Of a stretch of DNA of 39,994 nucleotides, positions 25,567 to 34,124 are shown piece by piece (the first letter of the stretch is position 1; each line of letters begins with the position of its first letter). Source of the DNA: Chloroflexota bacterium (GTDB lineage Bacteria; Chloroflexota; Dehalococcoidia; Dehalococcoidales; UBA2162). Under the pieces are notes generated by a model that ran no database searches, was not told where the DNA came from, and saw only the letters and a list, made by a program, of their open reading frames with translations. The position numbers and the translations under genes were made by a program. The stretch is from assembly GCA_043797985.1 (NCBI GenBank), contig JAZDPB010000035.1, forward strand, positions 1-39,994, in the 5' to 3' direction.

Positions 25567-26305
25567 TGAAGTTAGTAAACATTTTGGTGGCATTTATGCC
25601 GTCAATGGGGTTAGCTTAGAAATTAAAAGTGGCAGTATCTGGGGCTTGGTTGGTCCCAATGGTAGCGGCAAGTCCACTTTGTTTAATACTGTCCTGGGTT
25701 TTTATCAACCGGATGCTGGAGATATCTACTTCAATGACAATTGTATTAGCAAGTTGGCTCCTCACCAAATTTATGGGTTAGGGCTGGTAAATGCGTTTCA
25801 AGTGCCTCGAATATTTTCGAGGTTGAGTGTACTGGATAACATGCTGGTGGCAGCGCGAGGGCATCAAGGTGACAAACTACTCAATAGTCTTTTCTTGAGA
25901 AAAAGCTGGCAAAGGCAAGAAGCTGAGCTAGCGGATAAAGCTGTGGAAATCCTTGAGCTTCTTGAGATTGAACACTTGGTCGCATCTCCGGCGGGGGAAT
26001 TATCCGGTGGACAAAGGAAGCTCTTAGAGATTGGCAAAGGTCTGATGTCTTCACCATCATTATTGCTCTTGGATGAACCAGCCGCCGGGGTGAATCCCAA
26101 TTTAGGCAGAAAAATCTTTGAAAAAATTGAGGATTTGCGTCAGAGTAAGGGACTGAGCTTCTTCATTATTGAACATAGGCTAGAGATTTTGTTCGATTTT
26201 GCCCACTGGGTCTACGTTATGGACAAAGGTAAGATAGTATTCAAAGGTACACCAGAAGAGGTAGCCGAAAGCCCTGTTTTTTATCAGACCTATATGGGAG
26301 GGTAA
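25541..26305 (+). CDS. livG: Branched-chain amino acid ABC transporter ATP-binding protein (LivG family)
   Basis: Walker A GPNGSGKST, signature LSGGQRK, Walker B LLLLDEP. Overlaps the livM end; an alternative ATG is at 25550. Confidence 0.85.
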   Translation: MENMLLKINEVSKHFGGIYAVNGVSLEIKSGSIWGLVGPNGSGKSTLFNTVLGFYQPDAGDIYFNDNCISKLAPHQIYGLGLVNAFQVPRIFSRLSVLDNMLVAARGHQGDKLLNSLFLRKSWQRQEAELADKAVEILELLEIEHLVASPAGELSGGQRKLLEIGKGLMSSPSLLLLDEPAAGVNPNLGRKIFEKIEDLRQSKGLSFFIIEHRLEILFDFAHWVYVMDKGKIVFKGTPEEVAESPVFYQTYMGG

Positions 26306-26307
26306 GG

Positions 26308-27036
26308 ATGCCACCTGTCCTAGCCATGGAGAATATTGATGCTGGCTACGGTGATGTTGTTATCGTCCACAATGTTTCTGTTATTGTCAATGAGGGTGAA
26401 ATTGTGGCTATCGTTGGTCCCAATGGTAGCGGCAAGTCTACTCTACTCAAAAGTGTTTTCGGTTTTGCCAAATTGTTTCACGGACGGGTACTCTATCAAG
26501 GAAAAGATGTTACCCGGATGGCTTCAGACCGATTGATAAGACTTGGCATAGGTTATGTTCCCCAGGTAAATAATGTCTTCCCTAATTTAACCGTAGCTGA
26601 GAATTTAGATATGGGAGCATATCAAAGGAAAGGTAAAGACTCTATCAAAGCTGGGATAATAGAGATTTACGAAATGTTCCCTGAGCTTGCCGAGAGAAAG
26701 AATTCCTTAGCAGGTAACTTGAGTGGTGGCGAAAGGCAAATGCTCGCCATCGCCAGGGCAATGATGGCACAACCCAAAGCGTTGCTACTCGATGAACCGC
26801 TGGCTTCTTTATCCCCTAAAGCAACCTCCGTCATCATCTCCAAGCTTAAGAAAATAGAGGAAGCCGGTATGGCTATAATAATCGTGGAACAAAATGTTAA
26901 CAAAGCTTTAAGCATTTCCAAACGAGGATATGTTTTGGTTGATGGCACCTTAGCTATGGAGGGAGATGCTGATTCACTGTTTACCGATGATACCTCCAAA
27001 CAACGCTTTTTGGGATTAGAGGCTAGAAGTAGCTAA
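26308..27036 (+). CDS. livF: Branched-chain amino acid ABC transporter ATP-binding protein (LivF family)
   Basis: GPNGSGKST, LSGGERQMLAIARA, LLLDEP. Confidence 0.85.
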   Translation: MPPVLAMENIDAGYGDVVIVHNVSVIVNEGEIVAIVGPNGSGKSTLLKSVFGFAKLFHGRVLYQGKDVTRMASDRLIRLGIGYVPQVNNVFPNLTVAENLDMGAYQRKGKDSIKAGIIEIYEMFPELAERKNSLAGNLSGGERQMLAIARAMMAQPKALLLDEPLASLSPKATSVIISKLKKIEEAGMAIIIVEQNVNKALSISKRGYVLVDGTLAMEGDADSLFTDDTSKQRFLGLEARSS

Positions 27037-27141
27037 TATTTATCAGACAAGTTTAATTTTGAAGAAAGGGGGTGATGAATACACAAACTCTTCATTGTAT
27101 AAATCAGTTACCTGAATATAGAGGAGAAAAAGGAGTTATAT

Positions 27142-28320
27142 ATGTTGAAGAAATTACTAGCAATTATTACCGTTTTATCGTTACTAATGTCAGTGGTAGC
27201 TTGTACGCCAAAGCCGGCTGAGGCAACCAAGATAGGTATTGTCTTGTCGACCACGGGTTTGCTGGGTCCCATGGGCGAAGATATGATGAAAGCTGCCAGG
27301 CTGGCTGTCAAAGAAATAAATGCTGCCGGAGGGGTACTGAAGAGCCAGGTAGAGTTAATCGAAGAAGATGATGCTACCGAGGCTGCCAAGTGCCTGGAGC
27401 GGGTGAAGAAGCTGGTTGATGTAAATGGAGTGAAAGTGCTTGTTGGTGGTATGACCAGCGGTGCATCTATGGCTACCGGTCCGTATCTTGTCGAAAAACA
27501 GGTAGTGATGGTGACGCCATCGGCGACTTCGCCGGCACTTGCTGACCAGACATGGAAGAGTTGGCTCTTTCGAACAACGCCTGATGATGCCTTCCAGGGT
27601 GAAGTGTTAGCCACGGTCGTTATGGAGAGGGGATTTACCAAGCTAGCTACTATGGTTCAGGATAATCCTTATGGTGTAGGTTTGGAATATGCACTTGAGA
27701 GTGCCCTCCAAAAGGCTGGATGGAAAGGTGAGCATGTTGCATCAGTCCATTTTGACCCGGCGAAAAAAGACTACCGCACCGAACTAGAAACCATTAAGAG
27801 CAAGAATCCGGATGTGATTCTAGGTGTTACCTATGCCGAAGATGGTATCATCGTCTTCAAGCAGGCTTTAGAGATGGGTTTAGATAAAATTGCCTGGTTG
27901 GGCTGCGATGGTAACTATGGTGATGGCATGTTTGCCGAGCCAAAAGCTGCTGAATTCATGGAGAAAGCAATCATTGCTGGCAGCAGAGCCGCCGGTCCTT
28001 CGGGTGCTACCTATGATAAGTTCGCGGCTGCTTACAAAGCTGAGACAGGGAAAGACTCCAGTGTTTACTGTGATACCACCTATGATGCTGTAATGATGAT
28101 TGCTAAAGCAATAGAAAAAGCGGGGAAATACGACGCTACGGCGGTAAGAGCGGCACTATTGGAGTTAGGTAAGAATTATGATGGTGCCAGTGGGATTATT
28201 ACCTTCGACAGTCAAGGAGACCGTGTATCGGGTAACTTTGAACTTTGGAAAGTGGTGAAGGACCCCGCGGCTCCAACCGGCTATAAGAATGTTCAGATAA
28301 AGCTAGTTGCTGTTGAGTAG
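27142..28320 (+). CDS. ABC transporter substrate-binding lipoprotein (LivJ/K, periplasmic binding protein type I)
   Basis: Signal peptide with a lipobox (LLMSVVAC), then IGIVLSTTGLLGPMGEDMMKAARLAVKEINAAGGV, typical of Leu/Ile/Val-binding proteins. Confidence 0.85.
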   Translation: MLKKLLAIITVLSLLMSVVACTPKPAEATKIGIVLSTTGLLGPMGEDMMKAARLAVKEINAAGGVLKSQVELIEEDDATEAAKCLERVKKLVDVNGVKVLVGGMTSGASMATGPYLVEKQVVMVTPSATSPALADQTWKSWLFRTTPDDAFQGEVLATVVMERGFTKLATMVQDNPYGVGLEYALESALQKAGWKGEHVASVHFDPAKKDYRTELETIKSKNPDVILGVTYAEDGIIVFKQALEMGLDKIAWLGCDGNYGDGMFAEPKAAEFMEKAIIAGSRAAGPSGATYDKFAAAYKAETGKDSSVYCDTTYDAVMMIAKAIEKAGKYDATAVRAALLELGKNYDGASGIITFDSQGDRVSGNFELWKVVKDPAAPTGYKNVQIKLVAVE

Positions 28321-28346
28321 AGCTGAGTTTCTGAAAGATAAATGTT

Positions 28347-28390
28347 AAGTGGAATGCTGCCTGAGCACAAAGTGGGCAGCATTCCACTTT
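28347..28390 (+). terminator. Strong hairpin after the binding-protein gene
   Basis: 15-bp perfect stem AAGTGGAATGCTGCC (28347-28361) / GGCAGCATTCCACTT (28375-28389), followed by a further T (28390). Confidence 0.6.
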
Positions 28391-28407
28391 AGTCCATACT
28401 GAGGTTG

Positions 28408-28833
28408 ATGGCAGTGATATGTCCTACCTGTAAGAGCGATATGATAGTCATAGAACATAAAAGGACTGAACTTGACTACTGTCCTAAGTGCCACGGCGTG
28501 TGGTTTGATTCAGGAGAGCTTGAGCTTTTTCTGGAGTCTCTCAACTTGGAGAAACCGGCGCAGTTTCTTAGTGACGTCAATAACGCCGCAGAGGTTGAAT
28601 CATCGGAGAAGAAGCGAAGATGTCCTATCTGTGGGCAGAGAATGAGGAAAGTAATCATAGGTGAAAATACCGGGATACTTACTGATGTTTGCCAGACGGG
28701 AGATGGTCTCTGGTTTGATGGCGGTGAGATTAGTCAAGTGATAAAAAAATTGGCTGATAAACTGCCTGGAAAAGCGGGTTTACATAATCACGTTGCCAGC
28801 TTCTTGGGAGAAGTATTCAAGGAGCAAAAATAG
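28408..28833 (+). CDS. Tandem TFIIB-type zinc-ribbon domain protein
   Basis: CPTCKSDM...LDYCPKCHGVWFDSGELE, then a second degenerate copy CPICGQRM...DVCQTGDGLWFDGGEI. This is the pattern of the zf-TFIIB-like family. Confidence 0.65.
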   Translation: MAVICPTCKSDMIVIEHKRTELDYCPKCHGVWFDSGELELFLESLNLEKPAQFLSDVNNAAEVESSEKKRRCPICGQRMRKVIIGENTGILTDVCQTGDGLWFDGGEISQVIKKLADKLPGKAGLHNHVASFLGEVFKEQK

Positions 28834-28889
28834 GCTGACGGAGCCAAGAAAATCTGTGGGAGAAGCTTAACTAAAATGGAGGTGAATCG

Positions 28890-29453
28890 ATGATAATAGG
28901 TTGGGTCATTTTGGGCATCGTTGTACTTCTTCTTGTTATCTTCATCGGGATTTACAATGGTCTGGTCAGGCTGCGCAATCAGGTGAAGAATGCTTGGGCA
29001 CAGATAGACGTCCAATTGAAAAGACGACACGACCTTATTCCCAATCTCGTGGAGACGGTTAGGGGGTACATGAAATTCGAACGAGAGACGTTGGAGGCGG
29101 TAACTAGAGCGCGTAATATTGCCGTGCAAGCGTCTTCTTCCGGTGCCGCAGAACGTGGTAAAGTAGAGGGTGAACTGAGTGGCGCTTTGAGCCGTCTGTT
29201 AGTTGTAGTGGAAAGATATCCTGACCTTAAAGCGAACCAAAACTTCCTGGCACTTCAGGAAGAGCTGACTTCCACCGAGAACAAGATAAGCTTCTCGCGT
29301 CAGTACTATAACGATTCGGTCTTGAGATATAACAATCAGACTCAGATGTTCCCTTCCAGCATCGTTGCCAGTATGACCGGTTTTAAGCCGAGCGAGTTTT
29401 TCGAGGTTACCGCAGCCGCGGAACGAGAAGCTCCTAAGGTCAGTTTCACCTAG
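28890..29453 (+). CDS. LemA family membrane protein
   Basis: N-terminal TM helix, then YNGLVRLRNQVKNAWAQIDVQLKRRHDLIPNLVETV...YPDLKAN.NF..LQ.EL..TENKI...R..YND.V..YN, the classic LemA pattern. Confidence 0.9.
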   Translation: MIIGWVILGIVVLLLVIFIGIYNGLVRLRNQVKNAWAQIDVQLKRRHDLIPNLVETVRGYMKFERETLEAVTRARNIAVQASSSGAAERGKVEGELSGALSRLLVVVERYPDLKANQNFLALQEELTSTENKISFSRQYYNDSVLRYNNQTQMFPSSIVASMTGFKPSEFFEVTAAAEREAPKVSFT

Positions 29454-29471
29454 TTGGAGATAACATAATAT

Positions 29472-30680
29472 ATGTGGGAACAGATACGCTCTAACCAGAT
29501 AAGGTCGGCGATGCTGGTAGGATTGATGGGAGTGCTGCTATTACTGCTTGGTTTCTTCTTCGGCGAGCTCTTTTTCGCCGATGGTGTTGCGGGCTTGATA
29601 ATTGCTTTAATTGTTTGGGGAATAATGAACCTAGTAGCCTTCTTCCATGGAGACAGCATCGTGCTGGCGATATCAGGGGCGAAAAAAATTAGTCGGGATG
29701 ACCACCCTCGCTTATTTAACGTGGTGGAGGAGATGAAGATTGCCTCGGGACTGGAGAAGATGCCGGATATTTATATTATCGATGACCCGGCACTTAATGC
29801 TTTTGCTACCGGCAGGAATCCTAATCAGGCTAGCGTGGCAATCACTTCGGGCTTACTGCAAAAACTCAACCGTGACGAACTTCAGGGGGTCATCGGACAT
29901 GAACTCAGCCACATAAAGAACCGGGATGTACTCCTTATGGTACTTTTGAGTGTGACGCTGGGCAGCATTGTCATTCTAGCCTGGTATGCGTCCCGGTTTA
30001 TGTTTCTTTCTGGCGCAGGTAGTAGACAAAGGAAAAGTACATCGGGAGGAGGTGGAGCACAGTTAATAATCATCCTTGTTGGTGTTGTCTTGATGATACT
30101 GGCGCCAATTGTCTCTCAACTAATCTATTTCGCAGTTTCCAGAAAGCGGGAGTACCTGGCTGATGCTTCTTCGGCTTTGTATACCAGATATCCGGAAGGC
30201 TTAGCCTCTGCCCTGGAAAAGCTTGCCACGTCCAACACTAATGTTAAAACAGCTAATAAGGCTACGGCACCCATGTATATCATGAACCCCTTCCAGAGCA
30301 AAGGGATGTCTATCGAGAGTCTTACCAGTACTCACCCGCCCATTGCCGAGAGAATCCGTATTCTCCGTCGTATGGGAGGTGCTTCCTTTGCTGATTACGA
30401 GCAGGCTTACCGAGAAACAAAAGGTGGGGCTGGCATTGTCCCAGCCTCAGTTCTGGCTGGTGCCGGTACGATGGCACTCCGGGCACCATTACCTGAGGCG
30501 AAGCAAGTAGAAGAGTTACCGCAGAGGGTAGAACGTGCTCGTGAAACATCAGACCTGATGTGGCGTCTTAGCAATTATAAAACGATTGTGTGTGAGTGTG
30601 GTACCAAGTTGCGAGTTCCACCTACGTTCAAGAATTCTGAAGTCAGGTGCCCCCACTGCGGTAGAATCAACCCGGTCTGA
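29472..30680 (+). CDS. M48-family (HtpX-like) zinc metallopeptidase with a C-terminal zinc ribbon
   Basis: HELSHIKNRD (HExxH), four TM segments. C-terminal tail CECGTKLRVPP...RCPHCGRINPV. Confidence 0.85.
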   Translation: MWEQIRSNQIRSAMLVGLMGVLLLLLGFFFGELFFADGVAGLIIALIVWGIMNLVAFFHGDSIVLAISGAKKISRDDHPRLFNVVEEMKIASGLEKMPDIYIIDDPALNAFATGRNPNQASVAITSGLLQKLNRDELQGVIGHELSHIKNRDVLLMVLLSVTLGSIVILAWYASRFMFLSGAGSRQRKSTSGGGGAQLIIILVGVVLMILAPIVSQLIYFAVSRKREYLADASSALYTRYPEGLASALEKLATSNTNVKTANKATAPMYIMNPFQSKGMSIESLTSTHPPIAERIRILRRMGGASFADYEQAYRETKGGAGIVPASVLAGAGTMALRAPLPEAKQVEELPQRVERARETSDLMWRLSNYKTIVCECGTKLRVPPTFKNSEVRCPHCGRINPV

Positions 30681-30711
30681 AGAAAGGGTAACCGGGGCGC
30701 ATAAGCGAGGC

Positions 30712-31317
30712 TCACTTTTTTTGCCCGATTGTGCTTGGAAACCACGTCGCATCAAGACTTGCTTTGACCAATTTGCCACTGGGACAAAGCTCGAAGCACT
30801 CTCTACAGGCCTGACATACGTTTGGAGCCACGTCAGGCAAAAAGACAACCTCTCGTTCTGTACCTCTCCCTATAAAGCCGATGGCATTTTCCTTTTTGAC
30901 TTCGGCACAGTAGCGGACGCACAAACCGCAAAGTACGCAGTCTGTTTTCTCTGCTGTAAATCTTGATTTTTTAACCCCGTATTTTCGAGCCAGACTTTCT
31001 ATTGGTCCCGTAGGTGATAAAGGTAAGAGCATTTCCAGAATCATCTTCCGAATTTTCGTAATCCTTTCCGAATTACTCTTTACTGATAATCCCTCTTCTA
31101 CCGGATATACACAGGATGTTACCAGCCTTGTTCGATTGTCCTTAGTTATTTCTACAATACACAACCGGCATGCACCATAAGGAGCTAATTTTTCATGGTA
31201 ACATAGGGTAGGAATATCAACCCCTATCTTGCGAGCGGCCTCGAGGATAGTCGTTCCGGTCTCAGCCTCGACTGATTTACCGTCAATTTCAAGTCTTATA
31301 TTTCCCATTTTCTTCAC
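30712..31317 (-). CDS. HoxU/NuoG-N-terminal-like iron-sulfur protein ([2Fe-2S] plus 2x[4Fe-4S])
   Basis: IRLEIDGKSVEAETGTTILEAARKIGVDIPTLCYH...GACRLCIVEI (NuoG-type 2Fe-2S), then CVLCGLCVRYC and CQACRECFELCP. There is no catalytic domain. The position usually holding the His/Cys motif after the 2Fe-2S domain reads ILEMLLPLSPTGP. Confidence 0.75.
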   Translation of the reverse strand: MKKMGNIRLEIDGKSVEAETGTTILEAARKIGVDIPTLCYHEKLAPYGACRLCIVEITKDNRTRLVTSCVYPVEEGLSVKSNSERITKIRKMILEMLLPLSPTGPIESLARKYGVKKSRFTAEKTDCVLCGLCVRYCAEVKKENAIGFIGRGTEREVVFLPDVAPNVCQACRECFELCPSGKLVKASLDATWFPSTIGQKK

Positions 31318-33245
31318 TTCCTTCGCGCAATTTTAGTTCCACTTGGGACAGAAGTTGGGACCGATTCGCCCGAAAGCTTCACTACAGCACTGAATTGAGC
31401 AGGACAAACTTCCAAACAAGTCCCGCACCTCGTGCACTTCTCCTGGTCAATCACGTGGACAAGTCCTTTGCCACCGGTAATCGCTTCTGTGGGACATTCA
31501 CGGGCACAGATGAGACACGCCTGGCATTTTTCAGGGAGTATATAATATCTGATAAGCGCTTGACAGGCTCCGGCAGGACAGCGTTTTTCTTTGATGTGTG
31601 CTTCATACTCATCACTGAAATATTTGATGGTAGTTAACACCGGATTGGGAGCCGTAGTGCCAAGAGCACAGAGAGAAGCGTCTGTCATCATCCTGGAGAT
31701 TTCCTGAAGAAGCTCGATATCCCCTTCTTTACCTCTGCCGGCACAAATATCATTTAGAATATTGAGCATCTGGCGTATTCCTTCACGGCATGGGACACAT
31801 TTACCGCAGGATTCCCCAGTAAGGAAGTTAAGGAAATATCTAGCAATATCAACCATACAGGTCCCTTCATCCATCACAATCATGCCCCCGGAACCCATCA
31901 TGGAACCTAGTCTGGTAAGCTCATCGAAGTCCACGGGGGTATCAAGGAGGCTCTCGGGAATAACTCCACCCGAAGGACCGCCGGTCTGGACTGCCTTGAA
32001 CTTCTTATCCCCGATAATACCACCGCCGATTTTGAAAATTACGTCCCTGAGTGTCGTTCCCATGGGTACTTCGACCAGTCCGGTGTTCTTAACCTTGCCC
32101 ACCAGAGAGAAAATCATTGTCCCTTTGCTTCCCTTTGTTCCGATGCTATTAAACCACTTCGCCCCATGATTAATTATGTGGGGTACATTAGCCCAGGTCT
32201 TTACATTGTTGAGATTGCTTGGTCTGTCCCAGATGCCGCTTATCGCAGTACGGATGTACTTCGGTCTGGGCTCGCCTACCCGGCCCTCGATAGCTGTCAT
32301 CAAGGCACTGGATTCACCCGAAACAAAAGCCCCGGCACCGCGATGGACTTCAACATCAAAGTCAAAACCAGAACCAAGAATATCTTGCCCCAAGAGACCG
32401 TAATCCCTGGCTTTTTCAAGAGCAATATAAAGGTTCTCTATTGCCAGAGGATATTCCTGCCGCACATAAACATACCCCTGATGTGAACCAATGGCATAGC
32501 CGCCGATGATTAGACCTTCCAGCACGCTGTGGGGATTGCCTTCGAGCAGGCTCCTGTCTCCATAGGCTCCAGGGTCACCTTCGTCCGCATTGACAACGAC
32601 ATATTTTATTTCGCCGGGTGCATTGCGAGTAGTCTCCCACTTTATCCCTGTTGGGAAGCCAGCCCCTCCTCTACCTCTCAGGTTAGACTTTTTAACCTCA
32701 TCCAAAACTTGCTCCGGTGTCATCTCAAAAAGAGCTTTAGCTAAGGCAGAATAGCCACCGAGAGCGATGTAATCATCTATGCTTTCCATACCGATAGTTA
32801 GATTATTCCCCAGGATAATTCGTGATTGGTTTGCATAAAATGGTATTTCAGATTCCTTGGTGACCTTTTCACCACTAACAGCATCTTCGTAAAGAAGACG
32901 TTCAATAATTTTTCCGTTAATTAAGGTCTGGGAGACGATTTCCGGCACATCATCAGGCTGCACACCCACATAACAAATTTCCTCCGGGAGAATAACAACA
33001 CTGGGTTCCTTTTCACAGAAGCCATGACATCCGGTGCTCTTTACCTCGACCTTCCCTGACAGACCTTGCTTTTTTATTTTTTTAGCAAAAGCTTGAATCA
33101 CATTCTGGCTGCCACGAGTGCGACCATCTGTCCCATTGGTCACTGAAATAGTTCTAATTCCATTTCTTTTGGTTAATATCTCTTGCCTCTTCTTTTCGAG
33201 GGCATTGGCTGATTTCAATTTAGGCATAATGTTCTCCTTTCCCAC
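31314..33245 (-). CDS. NuoF/HndC/HydB-like NAD(P)H-binding flavoprotein subunit (FMN, [4Fe-4S], C-terminal 2x[4Fe-4S])
   Basis: GRGGAGFPTG.KW and ADEGDPGA (NADH/FMN site), ESCGKCVPCREG (N3 cluster), C-terminal CQACLICARECP...CTRCGTCLEVCP. N-terminal thioredoxin-like domain. 643 aa. Confidence 0.9.
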   Translation of the reverse strand: MGKENIMPKLKSANALEKKRQEILTKRNGIRTISVTNGTDGRTRGSQNVIQAFAKKIKKQGLSGKVEVKSTGCHGFCEKEPSVVILPEEICYVGVQPDDVPEIVSQTLINGKIIERLLYEDAVSGEKVTKESEIPFYANQSRIILGNNLTIGMESIDDYIALGGYSALAKALFEMTPEQVLDEVKKSNLRGRGGAGFPTGIKWETTRNAPGEIKYVVVNADEGDPGAYGDRSLLEGNPHSVLEGLIIGGYAIGSHQGYVYVRQEYPLAIENLYIALEKARDYGLLGQDILGSGFDFDVEVHRGAGAFVSGESSALMTAIEGRVGEPRPKYIRTAISGIWDRPSNLNNVKTWANVPHIINHGAKWFNSIGTKGSKGTMIFSLVGKVKNTGLVEVPMGTTLRDVIFKIGGGIIGDKKFKAVQTGGPSGGVIPESLLDTPVDFDELTRLGSMMGSGGMIVMDEGTCMVDIARYFLNFLTGESCGKCVPCREGIRQMLNILNDICAGRGKEGDIELLQEISRMMTDASLCALGTTAPNPVLTTIKYFSDEYEAHIKEKRCPAGACQALIRYYILPEKCQACLICARECPTEAITGGKGLVHVIDQEKCTRCGTCLEVCPAQFSAVVKLSGESVPTSVPSGTKIARRK

Positions 33246-33248
33246 GCT

Positions 33249-33971
33249 CTACTCGCAGGCAGCGAAGATTTGCTCAATTTCTTTGGTGGAAGGCTTACTG
33301 TAATATTTGCCATCAATCACCATCACTGGTCCTAAAGCGCAACAACCCAAGCAGTTCACCGTTGTTAGGGTAAACCTTTGGTCCTGACTGGTTTCACCAG
33401 GCTTAATCTTAAGCACATCCACCACTTTATCTAGCAACCGTGGCGCACCTCGCACTTGGCAGGCAGTACCCAAGCATGTTTGGATAGCATGACGTCCCTG
33501 TGGCGTAAGACTAAACGCCTTGTAAAAGGTAGCAATATGGTAAATTTGAGACCATGGAATTCCTAGCCTTTCGGCAATCCAGGTTAAGGTAGTTTTAGGA
33601 AGCCAGCGATTCTGTGCCTGTATGTCAAGAAATATCTGTATTAAAGCGCCCTTTTTATCTTGATACTTATCTAAAATCTTCTCGGCGTCGCTTAACTCTT
33701 GAATCATTTGCCGAAAGGCTTCCTCTTTCTTCTTAACCTGTTTTAATGCTTCAACATGGAACATTGCCTCACGCTCTAGGTTTCTTAATTCAAGGCTTAA
33801 AGGCGGCTGGTCAAGGCCAAGCGAGGAGTACTCACCAAGAAGTCCTAAGCCTCTCAGTAAAATTTCACTTTTACTCAGGTTAGAACTTTCCTGGAGCCGG
33901 GATAAAGTCTGGCTCTGCTCTTCACTCAGTCTCATACCAACGAATTTTGATTTACTTTTTCCCTTTCTCAT
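33249..33971 (-). CDS. NuoE/HndA-like [2Fe-2S] subunit with an N-terminal ribbon-helix-helix-like extension
   Basis: The C-terminal ~160 aa are NuoE-like (ALIQIFLDIQAQNRWLP...HIATFYKAF...CLGTACQVRG...VNCLGCCALGP). The N-terminus KFVGMRLSEEQSQTLSRLQESSNLSKSEILLRGL fits an RHH pattern. I chose ATG 33971 because GGAGG lies 6 nt upstream and the candidate promoter lies downstream of the track start at 34025. Confidence 0.8.
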   Translation of the reverse strand: MRKGKSKSKFVGMRLSEEQSQTLSRLQESSNLSKSEILLRGLGLLGEYSSLGLDQPPLSLELRNLEREAMFHVEALKQVKKKEEAFRQMIQELSDAEKILDKYQDKKGALIQIFLDIQAQNRWLPKTTLTWIAERLGIPWSQIYHIATFYKAFSLTPQGRHAIQTCLGTACQVRGAPRLLDKVVDVLKIKPGETSQDQRFTLTTVNCLGCCALGPVMVIDGKYYSKPSTKEIEQIFAACE

Positions 33972-34009
33972 CTTGGCCTCCATTGTTTTACCGTTTAACA
34001 ATAATATAA

Positions 34010-34037
34010 TATTATCTTTAAGCAAGGAGCTTTGTCA
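34010..34037 (-). promoter_or_regulatory. Candidate promoter of the nuoE-like operon (minus strand, TTGACA-16 nt-GATAAT)
   Basis: The reverse complement of 34010-34037 reads TTGACAaagctccttgcttaaaGATAAT. Confidence 0.45.
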
Positions 34038-34053
34038 ACAAAGGTCGGGTCAT

Positions 34054-34093
34054 AAAAAGTTTCCCGCTAGCTTTAGCTAGCGGGAAACTTTTT
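34054..34093. terminator. 18-bp perfect hairpin flanked by A5/T5 (bidirectional terminator shape) between the crotonase and nuoE-like genes
   Basis: AAAAAGTTTCCCGCTAGC-ttta-GCTAGCGGGAAACTTTTT. Confidence 0.75.
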
Positions 34094-34124
34094 ACCTTAG
34101 GGATATAAGGCCTACTTGGCTCTC

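Noticed and set aside
27108-27641. 177-aa minus-strand ORF antisense to the substrate-binding protein gene. Similar antisense ORFs occur at 11014-11364, 14271-14780, 26667-26999 and 38784-39011.
   Set aside because: Each overlaps a confidently identified gene on the other strand and has no recognisable motifs. These are typical shadow ORFs.
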